A stretch of DNA of 64,000 bases from an uncultured Acidobacteriota bacterium (GCA_963777605.1 CAVZRV010000010.1:480001-544000), one strand, 5' to 3'. Shown: positions 1-10,762, counted from the first letter of the stretch. Numbers and translations are program-made. The notes: generated from the sequence alone by a model not told the origin.

Positions 1-1
1 G

Positions 2-418
2 ACCCTCCGAAAGGACCTCTCCCGCGCGCAGGACAAACTTCTCGAGTTCCAGGCGGCCCGGGCGGTCGAAGATGCCGAACAAGGGCGAGGTTACGAGGTC
101 GTCAGCGGAGTCTGGGACGGTTTGGACATGGGTCAGCTCAACCGGTTGGCGGGAATGATTCTGCAGGATGCGGCGGCGAGGATCGCTATTCTCGGGGGAC
201 GCGGTGCCCAGAGTTACCTGCTCTTCGGTCGGAGCCGAGATCTGTCCCAGATCGACCTCCGCCCGGTCATGGCCCGGGCGGCGGCCCTCGCGGGAGGACG
301 AGGCGGCGGTTCGCCCGACCGATGCCAGGCAGGAGCCTGTAATGCGGAATCACTGAACGACGCGATTGAAACGGCGCGCAATGCGGTGAGAGACGGTGGA
401 GGTCAAGGTGAAGATTGA
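2..418 (+). CDS. C-terminal DHHA1 domain of an alanyl-tRNA editing protein (AlaX-L/AlaS-like), 5'-partial
   Basis: Frame is open from the window edge; GGRGGG..QAG motif typical of DHHA1, preceded by a helical segment. Confidence 0.75.
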   Translation, partial: TLRKDLSRAQDKLLEFQAARAVEDAEQGRGYEVVSGVWDGLDMGQLNRLAGMILQDAAARIAILGGRGAQSYLLFGRSRDLSQIDLRPVMARAAALAGGRGGGSPDRCQAGACNAESLNDAIETARNAVRDGGGQGED

Positions 419-437
419 ATCAGCGAAGACGCGGACT

Positions 438-1790
438 GTGCGCAGCGGGAGTGTTTTCGGAATCCTCTGCCTGTTCGTTTTGCCCATGGCAGCAGCCCCC
501 GTCTCCGATTTCATGCCTGAGATCCTACCTCTCAGGACAAGAGCCCGCATCATGGATCAGTGGCTCGAGCGCCGTCTCGACGAGGTCGTGCCGGACCTGA
601 TGCGACGGGAAAACATCGACATGTGGGTCTTGATCGCCGAGGAATACAATGACGACCCGGTTATGAAGACGATGCTTCCGGGGACCTGGTTTACCGCCCG
701 GCGCAGAACGATCCTGGTCTTCTTCGACCCGGGAAATTCCGGAAAACTCGAGCGTCTTGCGGTCTCCCGCTACAGTGTCGGGACTCTCTTTGAGACGGCC
801 TGGAACAAGCAGGAACAGCCCGACCAGTGGGCCTGCCTTCGCGACATCATCGCCGCCCGATCCCCTCGCAAAATCGCGATCAGCCAGTCCAGCGTTTTCT
901 CACAGGCCGACGGCCTGTCCGCGTCCACCCACGAAGCATTTCTCCATTCTCTGCCGGCGAGGTTCGAAAAACGAATCGTCTCCGGCGAGCGGCTCGCCAC
1001 AGGCTGGCTGGAAACCCGGACTTCTGCAGAGATGGAAGCATATCCGCAACTCTGCCGAATCGCTCACCGAATCATTGAGGAAGGTCTCTCGGACACGGCG
1101 CTCACTCCGGGCATCACTACCACGGCCGACCTGGAGTGGTGGTTCAGGGAAAGGGTGGCGCAACTTCGGCTTTCGACGTGGTTTCACCCGACCGTCTCGG
1201 TGCAGCGCGCAGAGGAAGAGTCGGACCGCTCGTTCTCGGAGCACCCGGATGCGGTGGTGATTGAACCCGGGGACCTGATTCACGTCGATTTTGGAATCAC
1301 CTACCTCGGGCTGAACACCGACACCCAGCAGCACGCCTATGTCCTCAAGCGGGGAGAGACTGACGCCCCCCAAGGACTGAGAGAAGGGCTCCGGATCGGA
1401 AACCGGCTCCAGGACATCCTGATGGCACAATTCGCCGCCGGGAAAACGGGGAACGACATCCTCAAGTCGGCCCTGGCGGCAGCCGGCGGCGAGGGCATCA
1501 GGGCGTCGATCTACAGCCATCCGCTCGGTTACCACGGTCACGCCGCAGGTCCGACAATCGGCTTGTGGGACCAGCAGGACGGAGTCCCCGGCGCGGGCGA
1601 TTACCCGGTCTATCCTTCCACCGCCTACTCGATCGAACTCAACGCCACAGTTTCCGTCCCGGAATGGGGAAACCGCGATGTTCGAATCATGCTCGAAGAA
1701 GATGCTTTCTTCGACGGATCGTCAATCGGGTTCATCGACGGACGACAAACCAGTCTCTGGCTGATCCCCCGATCGTTTAACGCTCAGTGA
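438..1790 (+). CDS. M24-family metallopeptidase (Xaa-Pro aminopeptidase-like), probably secreted
   Basis: Metal ligands HVDFG..NTDTQ, SHPLGYHGH, SIE, LEED; hydrophobic N-terminus. The ORF track starts at 396; GTG at 438 avoids overlap with the upstream gene. Confidence 0.85.
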   Translation: MRSGSVFGILCLFVLPMAAAPVSDFMPEILPLRTRARIMDQWLERRLDEVVPDLMRRENIDMWVLIAEEYNDDPVMKTMLPGTWFTARRRTILVFFDPGNSGKLERLAVSRYSVGTLFETAWNKQEQPDQWACLRDIIAARSPRKIAISQSSVFSQADGLSASTHEAFLHSLPARFEKRIVSGERLATGWLETRTSAEMEAYPQLCRIAHRIIEEGLSDTALTPGITTTADLEWWFRERVAQLRLSTWFHPTVSVQRAEEESDRSFSEHPDAVVIEPGDLIHVDFGITYLGLNTDTQQHAYVLKRGETDAPQGLREGLRIGNRLQDILMAQFAAGKTGNDILKSALAAAGGEGIRASIYSHPLGYHGHAAGPTIGLWDQQDGVPGAGDYPVYPSTAYSIELNATVSVPEWGNRDVRIMLEEDAFFDGSSIGFIDGRQTSLWLIPRSFNAQ

Positions 1791-4700
1791 GAGCGATTCT
1801 GGTACGGCGGCCGCTTCGGGTCCACCGGCGGGTGGGTCTGGATCAAGCGCATGGCTTCCTCGACGGCGCGCTCGATCTGCGGATCACGCCCGCGGGCCAT
1901 CTCGGTTGGATTCTCTTCGACCCGGATATCCGGCTCCACTCCCTTTCCTTCCGCAAACCACTTCCCTTCGGGATCGTACATCCGGAAGGTGGGCACCGTA
2001 ACTCTGCCGCCGTCCACCAGGCCCGGAACGCCCGAGATTCCGATCAGTCCACCCCAGGTCGGCATTCCGACCAACGGCCCCAGGCCGGCCTCACGGAAGT
2101 AGAACGGAAAGGCGTCTCCGCCCGACCCGCTCCAGCCGTTGATCATCATGACCTTGGGCCCGAAGTGGGCAACCGGGGGAGTCTGCCAGTCTTCCCCGTT
2201 GCGGACAGCCCAGAAACTGAGCGGCTTCCGGTTGAGCAATTCGATGAAGCGATCCGGGATCTGTCCTCCGTTGTTGAAGCGCTCGTCAACGATCAGGGCT
2301 TTCCGTTTGAACTGGGCGTAAAACTGCCGGACCAGTTCCGTCTGGCCGTCGATCCCGGTACTGGGAACGTAGATGTATCCCGCGTCGCCGCCGCTGAGTT
2401 CATCCACCCGCCGGCGGTTCTCTTCGATCCAGGCCAAGTTCCGAAGTCGGGCTTCGCTCGCAAGGGTCTTGACGAGCACCTGCCGGGCACCCTCCTGATC
2501 GGGGGTACTGTTCACCGTCAGTTGCACCGTCTCGTTATCCAGGCCCTGGAACGCCGCCCACGGATCTTTGCTGGTGTCGAGTTCGACCCCGTTTACCGCC
2601 AGGATGTAGTCCCCCTCATCGAGATCGACCGCGGGTTCATCGACAGGCGACCGTACTTCGGTGTCCCACGCGGCGCCGCGAATAATCTTCTTCACCCGGT
2701 AAGCACCATTTTCGAGTGACCAGTCGATTCCCAGGAGGCCAACTCCCCGGTGCTCGGCCCGTTCTTCGTCGCCGCCGGCCCGGTAGGTGTGGGAGGAGTT
2801 CAGTTCGGCGATCAGTTCACCAATGACGAAGTTGACGTCGAACCGGGTCACACAATCATCGATCAGCGGACCGTAGCGTTCCTTCATGGCGAGCCAGTCA
2901 ACCCCGTGCATGTTGGGATCGTAGAAGTAGTCCCGCTCGAACCGCCAGGCATCGCTGAATACCTGGTGCCATTCCTTGCGAGGATCAACCGTCGTCTGGA
3001 GATCTCCGGTGGCCAGTTTCTTCTTGACTTCCTGGCCCGGGGCGACGTCGATGATGGCCCAGAAATCCCGCTGAAGGACGAGTAACTTCTTGCCGTCGAA
3101 CGAGAGCGAATACCCGTCGAGGCCAGAAAGGATTGTCTTCTCTTCCCTTTCCTTCAGGTCGTAGTAGACGAGATCGCTCTTGGCACCCTCCTGGGGCTCG
3201 GTCCGGGGCAGGCGGAGGTAGAGGACTTTGCCCGCCACCGCCCTGAGCGATCCGTAATTGCCCGCCTTCGGAGGCAGGATTACAACCCGCCGTTCGAAGC
3301 CCTCCGGGTCGAGTGCGACACTTTTCACAGGCTCAGTAGACGGCCCATTTTCGGCAGAGCTGGAGGTTTTCCCCTGCAAAGGTTCCCCGGACTTCGATTC
3401 TCCGGCATCCGCCTCGCCGGAACCATGGCCCACCGATTCCACATCGTTCCGGGGAGCAAGGGGGGATTTCCCGGCTGTGGTCAGGGGGACGGCGGCGATT
3501 TCAGTCGCGTTGACATAGACCCAGGAGTTGTCGAAATCACTGTAGGCAGGATCGAACGACCGGTTGGTCAGGAAGTACAAGAACTTTCCTTCGGGATCGA
3601 AAACTGGGTTGGTGTCATCGTAATAACCGGAAGTAAGCTGGTGTTTCGAGCCCTCCTTGACATCGTAAACCCAGATCGCGTGGTTTCGGGTGTCCTCTTC
3701 CAGGGAATAGACCAACCAGCGTGAATCGGAGGACCAGGAGGGACGGGCTGCAGCGAGCGGCCCGTGGGTCATGTACTTCCCCTGGTCGATTACGGTTGTC
3801 TCCCCAGAATCTCGATCGAAGACCTGGAGCTTCATCGCACTGTCGACAAAGGCCAGCTTGCGGTTGTCCGGCGACCAGAACAGGGAGTAACGAAACCCGG
3901 GTCCCAGGGAAGTCAATTTTTGCTCCTCTCCCGTTCCATCCGCATTTCGAATCGTCAATTCGTACTCGCCGGATCGATCGCTCCAGTAAGCCACCGTCTT
4001 ACCATCCGGAGACCAGGCCGGGGATCGTTCAGCAACGCCCGAATCCCGGGTGAGGTTGAGGATTACGCCGTGTTCGGCGGGAACCGTGAAGACATCACCA
4101 CGCGCCTCGAAGATGGCCCTCTTACCGGTCGGCGACAGCGATGCGGACTCGATCAGCCGGGACACGTTCTCGTCCCGCGGACGCAGCGTCCGCTCGTCGG
4201 TCACGACGTCGATGTGAACTTCGTGGATCTTTTCGCCGTCGAGCTCCAGAAGATAGAGGAGGCCCCCCGCTTCGAACACGATCTCCCTGGGTCCAATCGA
4301 CGGGAAGTGGATGTCAAACTTGTCGAAGCGGGTCACCTGGCGGAACTCGTCCTTGTCGAGGTCGTAGGCCCAGACGTTCTCCCTCATTTCGGGACCCCGG
4401 TCGGAGAGGAAATAAAGGGTGTTCCCATGCCACATGGGGACCGAGTCATTTGCCGGACTGTTGGTCACGTTGCGGGACTCGTAAGTCTCGAGGTTAAAGA
4501 GCCAGATGTCCGGGTTCATTCCTCCCCGGTACCGCTTCCAGGTCCTGAAATCCCTGGTCCTCGGGGTGTAGGCGAGCCACTTGCCGTCAGGGGAAATCGA
4601 TCCGAACTCCCCGTAGGGCAAGGGGAGCTTGTCGGGCAGGCCACCCTGGCGGGCCACCTTGTAGAACTGGTTGAAGCGCTGCTTCCCGCTTTCACGCGGG

Positions 4701-5086
4701 CTCGCAACGAGCAGGGACTTGCCGTCAGGGTACCAATCCGACAGCCTGTCCGCCATGGGGTGATAGGTGAGGCGCAAGGGCAGCCCACCCTCGCGGTTGA
4801 TCACGTAAATGTCTTCATTCCCGTCGTAGTTACCCGTGAAAGCGATCTGCGATCCGTCAGGTGAAAAGCGGGGGAACAGTTCCTCCCCCGGAGGCGAACT
4901 GAGGCGGTTGGCGGTTCCGCCCTCCTTGGGCACGACCCAGATGTCGCCGCCAAAGACGAAGGTGATCTCACGATCCGAAACATCCGGTTGGCGAAGCATC
5001 CTGGCATTGACCTGGGCCCGGGATTCCCCGGTGCCGAGCCAACTGCACATCAGCACAACCAGAACCATCAACAGTCTCTTAGGCAT
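1784..5086 (-). CDS. Tricorn protease homolog (S41 family; PD40 beta-propellers + PDZ + catalytic domain), signal peptide
   Basis: 1100 aa; PD40-like repeats (PRFSPDG, PAWSPDG), RTWKRYRGG, ELNSSHTY, DERFNNGG, SGSGGDAFP, TWGGLIG, EGKGVEPD. Confidence 0.93.
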   Translation of the reverse strand: MPKRLLMVLVVLMCSWLGTGESRAQVNARMLRQPDVSDREITFVFGGDIWVVPKEGGTANRLSSPPGEELFPRFSPDGSQIAFTGNYDGNEDIYVINREGGLPLRLTYHPMADRLSDWYPDGKSLLVASPRESGKQRFNQFYKVARQGGLPDKLPLPYGEFGSISPDGKWLAYTPRTRDFRTWKRYRGGMNPDIWLFNLETYESRNVTNSPANDSVPMWHGNTLYFLSDRGPEMRENVWAYDLDKDEFRQVTRFDKFDIHFPSIGPREIVFEAGGLLYLLELDGEKIHEVHIDVVTDERTLRPRDENVSRLIESASLSPTGKRAIFEARGDVFTVPAEHGVILNLTRDSGVAERSPAWSPDGKTVAYWSDRSGEYELTIRNADGTGEEQKLTSLGPGFRYSLFWSPDNRKLAFVDSAMKLQVFDRDSGETTVIDQGKYMTHGPLAAARPSWSSDSRWLVYSLEEDTRNHAIWVYDVKEGSKHQLTSGYYDDTNPVFDPEGKFLYFLTNRSFDPAYSDFDNSWVYVNATEIAAVPLTTAGKSPLAPRNDVESVGHGSGEADAGESKSGEPLQGKTSSSAENGPSTEPVKSVALDPEGFERRVVILPPKAGNYGSLRAVAGKVLYLRLPRTEPQEGAKSDLVYYDLKEREEKTILSGLDGYSLSFDGKKLLVLQRDFWAIIDVAPGQEVKKKLATGDLQTTVDPRKEWHQVFSDAWRFERDYFYDPNMHGVDWLAMKERYGPLIDDCVTRFDVNFVIGELIAELNSSHTYRAGGDEERAEHRGVGLLGIDWSLENGAYRVKKIIRGAAWDTEVRSPVDEPAVDLDEGDYILAVNGVELDTSKDPWAAFQGLDNETVQLTVNSTPDQEGARQVLVKTLASEARLRNLAWIEENRRRVDELSGGDAGYIYVPSTGIDGQTELVRQFYAQFKRKALIVDERFNNGGQIPDRFIELLNRKPLSFWAVRNGEDWQTPPVAHFGPKVMMINGWSGSGGDAFPFYFREAGLGPLVGMPTWGGLIGISGVPGLVDGGRVTVPTFRMYDPEGKWFAEGKGVEPDIRVEENPTEMARGRDPQIERAVEEAMRLIQTHPPVDPKRPPYQNRSH

Positions 5087-5178
5087 GGGTTACTCCGAAT
5101 CAGTTCGACTGGTTTCTCACGTCGCTTAACGGAACAAGGTATCGAGGCTCCACCCAGGGAGCCTGGTTTCTGCAGCGC

Positions 5179-5598
5179 TCAACGCAACGACATCAAGTAG
5201 GCGACGACCGCCTCGGCATCCTCGCGGGACATTCGAAACTGCGGCATCGGCGGACGGGGTTGCTGACCACTGACTCGATGTCCGTTCATGAGCAGGAAAA
5301 CCGCGTCTCCCTCCGTCCAACCGGGAAGGCGGGCGATCGTGGGAGCACGGAACGCCCACGGGGTGTTCGGGTATGGGGAGGTCATCGGGATTGGGGCACC
5401 TTCCAGAAGCCGGCTGAGATCCAGGTTACCCCGTGAATTCCGGGGCGTGTGGCACTGGATGCACTGGGCGACGTTGTGAACCAGGTATTTTCCGCGCTCC
5501 ACAGGGGTGCCATCTTCCCCCGACACAGTGATAGTCTCCAACTGAAAGAATCCAGCGCAAAACAGAATTGACAAACCAAGCAAAAGATATCGCCGCAT
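5179..5598 (-). CDS. Monoheme cytochrome c
   Basis: Signal peptide, ERGKYL, CIQCH heme-binding motif, PPMP distal Met, AVVAYL. Confidence 0.9.
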   Translation of the reverse strand: MRRYLLLGLSILFCAGFFQLETITVSGEDGTPVERGKYLVHNVAQCIQCHTPRNSRGNLDLSRLLEGAPIPMTSPYPNTPWAFRAPTIARLPGWTEGDAVFLLMNGHRVSGQQPRPPMPQFRMSREDAEAVVAYLMSLR

Positions 5599-5649
5599 TG
5601 AGTATTGCCCTCCCAGACCAGGTGTTTCGTCCGGCCGAATAAGATGATA

Positions 5650-7167
5650 TCAAAGGAGATCAGGCTCGGTAGCCCGCGACGCCCCGTTTCTCAGCCGGGT
5701 CAGAAGAATACCCACGAGCAAGACTGTCAGGGTGCCGACGACCGTGATCATAAAGGAGTGAAACGGACTGCTCAAGAAACGGAGAGACTCGGGCCAGGCG
5801 TCAGTGGGAGAGAGCGTTGCCCAGAAGATCACCAAAACTCCGACGGTGACGGCGATTGCCGCCTCCGCTCCCCGCGCCCGGCGGGCGATCAGTCCGAGTA
5901 GAAACAGCCCGAGCATACCTCCGCTGAAGACACCCGATAGCTTCCACCAGGCGTCCAGAATCGTCCCAACCCGGATCATCGCGAGGGCGGTTGCCGTGCC
6001 GGCGATCCCCCAGCCCAGGGAGGCGAGGTAGAGGACGCGCATTGACTCCCGCTCTCCGGCTTCAGGCCGGAAATACCGCTTGTAGATATCACACAGCGTC
6101 AACGTCGCCGACGAGTTCAGCGAGGTGTCGATGCTGCTCATGGCAGCCGCCAGGATTGCGGCCAGCAGGAGCCCGGTCACTCCGACCGGCAACTGGTGAA
6201 CGATGAAGTGAGGGAAGACCTCGTCGGGACGGAGGTTTTGAATTGCGGCCAGGAGTTCGGGATGAACCGAGTAATAGGCGTAGAGGGCGGTCCCGATGAA
6301 AAAGAGCAAGGCCGAAACAGGGACGTAGAGCAGAGTCGCCAGCCAGACACTGCCGGCCGCGTCCCGGTCGCTCCGGGCCGCGCTGTAGCGCTGGACGAAG
6401 CTCTGGTCGATGCCGAAATTCTGGAGGTTCATGAAGAGGCTGTATAGGAGCACGACCCAGACGCTGGGCTCGACAAAGGAGAATGCCGTACTTCCGAGAC
6501 TGAATTTTCCGTGTTCGGAGGCCAGGGCAACGAGATGGGACGGGCCGCCCGGGAAGGTGAACAGGAGATAACCGGCCGAAACCAGCATGCCGCCGCCGAG
6601 AACGAAACTTTGCACCACATCGGTCCAGATCACGGCCTCAACTCCACCGACCATGGTGTAGAGAGTCACGAGGACTCCGGTCATGAGGATGATCGTGACA
6701 ACACTCCATCCGGTCACCGGGGAAAGTGCCAGTGCGACCAGCAGGAGCACCGTGCCGATCCGGGCAAACTGGGTGAGGAGATAACAAAAAACAGCGTAGG
6801 TACGTGCCCATCCACCAAATCGACGCTCCAGGTGAGCATAAGCCGATATTTCTCCACTGGAACGATAAAAGGGGACGAAGTAGCGCACGGCGATCACTGC
6901 GGCAACCGGCAACCCGAGGCTGAAAACGAAGGGATTCCAGTTCGACTGGTAACTCTTCCCTGGGTTTGCCAGAAAGCTGATACTGCTGACGTAGGTCCCG
7001 AATATGCTCAGTCCCACGACCCATCCCGGTAGCGACCGGCCGGCCACCATGAAGTTCACCGCGATCCGGCTCCGCTGGAAGAACCGACAGCCCAAACCCA
7101 CTATCAGCGCCAGGTAGAGAGCCAGGACCACAACATCCGCAACAGGTAAAGGGCTATTCAATGGCAC
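5650..7167 (-). CDS. Sodium:solute symporter (SSS) family transporter
   Basis: About 13 TM segments; AGRSLP, SSISFLANPG, GGVEAVIWTDVVQ, DQSFVQRY, AAMSSIDTSLNS. Confidence 0.92.
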   Translation of the reverse strand: MPLNSPLPVADVVVLALYLALIVGLGCRFFQRSRIAVNFMVAGRSLPGWVVGLSIFGTYVSSISFLANPGKSYQSNWNPFVFSLGLPVAAVIAVRYFVPFYRSSGEISAYAHLERRFGGWARTYAVFCYLLTQFARIGTVLLLVALALSPVTGWSVVTIILMTGVLVTLYTMVGGVEAVIWTDVVQSFVLGGGMLVSAGYLLFTFPGGPSHLVALASEHGKFSLGSTAFSFVEPSVWVVLLYSLFMNLQNFGIDQSFVQRYSAARSDRDAAGSVWLATLLYVPVSALLFFIGTALYAYYSVHPELLAAIQNLRPDEVFPHFIVHQLPVGVTGLLLAAILAAAMSSIDTSLNSSATLTLCDIYKRYFRPEAGERESMRVLYLASLGWGIAGTATALAMIRVGTILDAWWKLSGVFSGGMLGLFLLGLIARRARGAEAAIAVTVGVLVIFWATLSPTDAWPESLRFLSSPFHSFMITVVGTLTVLLVGILLTRLRNGASRATEPDLL

Positions 7168-7221
7168 AATCCATCCGTTGGTTCAGGCTCGGGAATCTGC
7201 ACTCGCGACCCGTCGCCAGAT

Positions 7222-8355
7222 TCAACGCGGCCCCTCAGCCAGTTTGACCGCGTCCTGGGGCCATTCTCCGCCTCGGATAACCGGCCCATTGAGGCGGGAA
7301 GGATCCAGAACCACGTGCTTGATCCGCTGGCGCTTCCAGGTATAGGTAATGTGCACGAAACCGTCCTTCGCCTGGATCACCGCGGGGTAGGAGAACTCCT
7401 CTCCCGGCGTGTTCTCGAGTACCAGCACTGCCTTCCAGTTCTCGCCGTCGCTGCTGACCGCGACGTTCAGCATCTCCCGGTCGGAAGGATTCGGACCACC
7501 CCGAACGGTGTGGTTGTATACCAATACTCTCCGGCCGTCCGCCAGCGTGACTGCGTCGAAGCCTGCATTGGGGTTGGGGAGAACCGTGGGGCTAAGTTCC
7601 GACCAGGTCCTTCCCCCGTCGCGCGACCAGGCCTGCAGGATTTTCCCCTTGCCGTTGCGGTTGCGACACAGCATCTGGATCCGGTCAGGCCCGTAAGTGA
7701 GGAAGGTCGGCTGGATCGCGGCGACTTCCTTGCCATCGTTCAGGGGACCAGTCCGGACCCACTCCAGGCCCTGGTTGCCGGTCCACTCCAGGTGTATGCG
7801 CCATCCCTGGTCTTCCGTGCTCGCGCCGCAGAGGATCGGGCCGTCCGCCGGCTGGATCGGCTTGTTCTTGATCGGCCCCAGGATCCCTTCGGGCAACCGC
7901 CGCCCCGGAGACCAGGTGATGCCCCGGTCCTTGCTCAGGCTGACCAATCCCCACCACTGACGGGGATTGGGACCAACCTTGTAGAACAGCATCAATGGCC
8001 CGTCTTTGGGCCGGAACAGGACCGGATTCCAGCATGGGTAACGGTGTTGGCCGTCACCGGCCAGAGTGTACTGCACCCCGTCGGCCACCTCTACTGGCGC
8101 CGACCACTCTCCGCCGGTCAGTCGGGAAAGCCAGATACCCACGTTCGGTTCACCCTCCCCGTCGCCTCCAAACCAGGCGGCAGCGAACTGACCCGCGTCC
8201 GCCTCCACGATAGTGGAGGCATGACAACTTGCGAACGGAGCAGACTCAAATATGAACTCTGTCTTCACCACGCTTCCCGCAGAAAACCCCGAAGCCGGAA
8301 ATCCCGAGAACATACAAACCAGGCCCCACAACAGCATCGATCGAATTTCGTTCAT
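7222..8355 (-). CDS. Secreted BNR/Asp-box (sialidase-like) beta-propeller protein
   Basis: Own ATG at 8355 with signal peptide (MNEIRSMLLWGLVC...); CHASTI, WNPVL, GPIKNKP, Asp boxes SKDRGITW, SRDGGRTW, SSDGENW; FSYPAVI. Confidence 0.88.
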   Translation of the reverse strand: MNEIRSMLLWGLVCMFSGFPASGFSAGSVVKTEFIFESAPFASCHASTIVEADAGQFAAAWFGGDGEGEPNVGIWLSRLTGGEWSAPVEVADGVQYTLAGDGQHRYPCWNPVLFRPKDGPLMLFYKVGPNPRQWWGLVSLSKDRGITWSPGRRLPEGILGPIKNKPIQPADGPILCGASTEDQGWRIHLEWTGNQGLEWVRTGPLNDGKEVAAIQPTFLTYGPDRIQMLCRNRNGKGKILQAWSRDGGRTWSELSPTVLPNPNAGFDAVTLADGRRVLVYNHTVRGGPNPSDREMLNVAVSSDGENWKAVLVLENTPGEEFSYPAVIQAKDGFVHITYTWKRQRIKHVVLDPSRLNGPVIRGGEWPQDAVKLAEGPR

Positions 8356-8429
8356 CGGCCTGTTCCTCTCCAGACTACCCTTGCCAAAACTCATCGTCGT
8401 CGCATGTACTTTCAGTGTGAAACGAAGGC

Positions 8430-9645
8430 TCAGACTTCTCCGCCCGGCAGGGAGTCCAAATCGACTCTTCGCCCTTCGCTGGCGGCGAGGTAGGCCGCGT
8501 AAACCACTCTCACGACCTGAAGGCCCAACTGACCGTCGGTGAGCGGCTCCCGGTCCTGCGATCACGTCCTCCAGGAACGACCGACACATCCCCCAGTGCC
8601 CTGAAGTCCAATCCTCGTCAGGCATCGGAGTGGACCATCCGGCGCTGGTTTCCAGCTTCTCCAGCAGGTACTGCCCGCGAAATGTCTCGAGGGCCGGTGA
8701 ATATGCCTGAACCAGGTTGTTTGGACTCAGGTTGCAGACAAACCGCGCGTTGGAACCGAAAATTTCAATCCGGCTTTCCATCCCGCCGAGCATGGTGTCG
8801 GAAGCCCAGACCAGCCCCCGAGCCCCGTCTTCAAACGTAACAATCGCCGATCCCCAGTTCTCGACATCCTTCCAGCCCCGTGCAAACCAGACTTTTTCAC
8901 CCCGGTTCAGCGATTCGATCCGGCTCAAATCGCCGACTTCGGCGGTTACGGAAGCTGGCCTGATCGGCTTGCCGTCACGGATCTTTCCCTCCAGGGCCTT
9001 CAGGTAGATCATCGTGCCGACGGGGTGGGCTCCCAGCCTGAGCAGAGCCCCTCCACCCGTGTAGCGCCAGATCTTGGAGAACTGGGAGTGGGATCCGCTG
9101 TGGCACTCGCCCCCACGCATCTCGACGATCGTCCCGCCGCTTTGGCTCAAGAGGCCGGCCACTTTACGAACCGACGGTGCATAGAGCCAGTTCTCTCCGT
9201 ACATCAGTTTGATCCCTCCGGCCCGGGCAGCTTCGACCATTGCGGCTGCGTCACGCACCACCACGTCGAGCATGTGGCGCCGATCCTGGCTTGAGATATC
9301 TTCGTCGGTGCAGTCGGCCGGAAGGTCCTGCCCGACGTATGCAGTCAGCGGCTTGGTGCAGACGACGTGTTTTCCAGCGGCTGCCGCAGCTTCTGTCATC
9401 GGCCGGTGAAGGTGATTCGGTACGCAAAGGTCCACCAGTTGGATGTCCGGCATCTCCAGCAACTCGCGAAAGTCGGTCGTCCACTTGGGAATGCCATGCC
9501 GGGAGGAATACTCCCGCGCCCGCTCGTCCGACACGTCGGCGACCGCCCGAATCGGCTGCTCCAGGCCGCCCGCCTTGGCGTAGCATCGGGCCCGGGTCTC
9601 CGCCAGAAAGCCTGCTCCAATGATCCCAACTCCGATCTGCTTCAT
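8430..9645 (-). CDS. Gfo/Idh/MocA-family oxidoreductase (apparent +1 frameshift near 8556)
   Basis: IIGAGFLA Rossmann motif, PNHLH, CTKPL, GGGALL. The family-typical C-terminus DREPLTDGQLGLQVVRVVYAAYLAASEGRRV lies in the shifted frame, ending at TGA 8430-8432. Confidence 0.85.
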
Positions 9646-9874
9646 TGTTCGTTCCTCAGCTGTTGCCCACCGTTGAGCGTCCGGGGGTGATGCGGGCAGG
9701 CGTCAGGCACACCTCCCATCACACCGGGACGGAATTCGACTCGAAAACCGAGCTTCCCAAGAATACAATCAACAGTGATTTTTACAAACCATCGGACGGC
9801 GCGCCGGAAAGGTCTCGGCCCGGGGCGAAGAATTCCAGCGAATTGTATACTTTCCCGGACGAAGGGAGGCATCG

Positions 9875-10762
9875 TTGGAGATTCGAACAGCAGTCATACC
9901 AGTTGCGGGTTTGGGCACGCGGCTCTTGCCGGCAACGAAGTCCCAGCCGAAAGAGATGCTGCCGGTAGCCAAGAAACCGGTGGTTCAGTACGTCGTGGAG
10001 GAGATGGAGGCCAACGGCGTCAAACAGATTCTTCTGGTCACCGGTAAGAGCAAGACCTCAATCGAGAACCACTTCGACTTCGACCACGAACTGACCCGCC
10101 ACCTCCGGGAGAGCGGCAAGGAAGACCTGCTGCCCGAACTCGAGTACGAGCGCATGCGGCTCGAGTTCTTCTTCACCAGGCAGCGCAAGCAAAAAGGGCT
10201 GGGAGACGCCATCCTGTGCGCCCAGCATTTCACCCAGGACCACCCCTTCGTGGTTGCCCTCGGGGACAGCATTCTGGGGATCCATGGTTCCTCCCAGGTG
10301 GTCAGCCAAATGATCGAGACATTCGAGGAGCGCAACGCGGCGGCAGTCATCGCTATTGAGGAAGTTCCCCGGGACCAGGTTTCGTCCTACGGCGTCGTCA
10401 AGCCGGACGGCAAAGGCAACGTTTTTGTGATCGAAGACCTCGTCGAAAAGCCGGCCGTAGACGAGGCCCCGAGCAACCTCGCAATCGCGGCGCGATACGT
10501 CTTCTCCCCGGCCATCTACTCGGCCATCGCCCGCACCGAACCGGGCAAGAGCGGCGAAATCCAGCTGACCGATGCGGTGCGGCTCCTGATCGACGAGGGG
10601 CAGACCGTACTCGGCGTCCGGATACCCTCACACCAGAAGCGCTACGACATCGGCAACTTCCGAAGCTATTTCGAGGCGTTCATCGAGTTCGGGCTCGATG
10701 ATCCTGAACTGGGTCCGTACCTGCGCCGTTTCCTCGAGGCGAGACTACATGAAGATCATTGA
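9875..10762 (+). CDS. galU: UTP--sugar-1-phosphate uridylyltransferase (GalU family)
   Basis: AVIPVAGLGTRLLPATKSQPKEMLP, QKGLGDAI, VEKP, GEIQLTDA, YDIGN. Confidence 0.9.
   Translation: MEIRTAVIPVAGLGTRLLPATKSQPKEMLPVAKKPVVQYVVEEMEANGVKQILLVTGKSKTSIENHFDFDHELTRHLRESGKEDLLPELEYERMRLEFFFTRQRKQKGLGDAILCAQHFTQDHPFVVALGDSILGIHGSSQVVSQMIETFEERNAAAVIAIEEVPRDQVSSYGVVKPDGKGNVFVIEDLVEKPAVDEAPSNLAIAARYVFSPAIYSAIARTEPGKSGEIQLTDAVRLLIDEGQTVLGVRIPSHQKRYDIGNFRSYFEAFIEFGLDDPELGPYLRRFLEARLHEDH

Noticed and set aside
7222-9645. 807-aa ORF suggesting a novel oxidoreductase-sialidase fusion
   Set aside because: The linker is out-of-frame sequence. The real oxidoreductase C-terminus and stop (8430) lie in the +1 frame, and the BNR protein has its own ATG and signal peptide at 8355.
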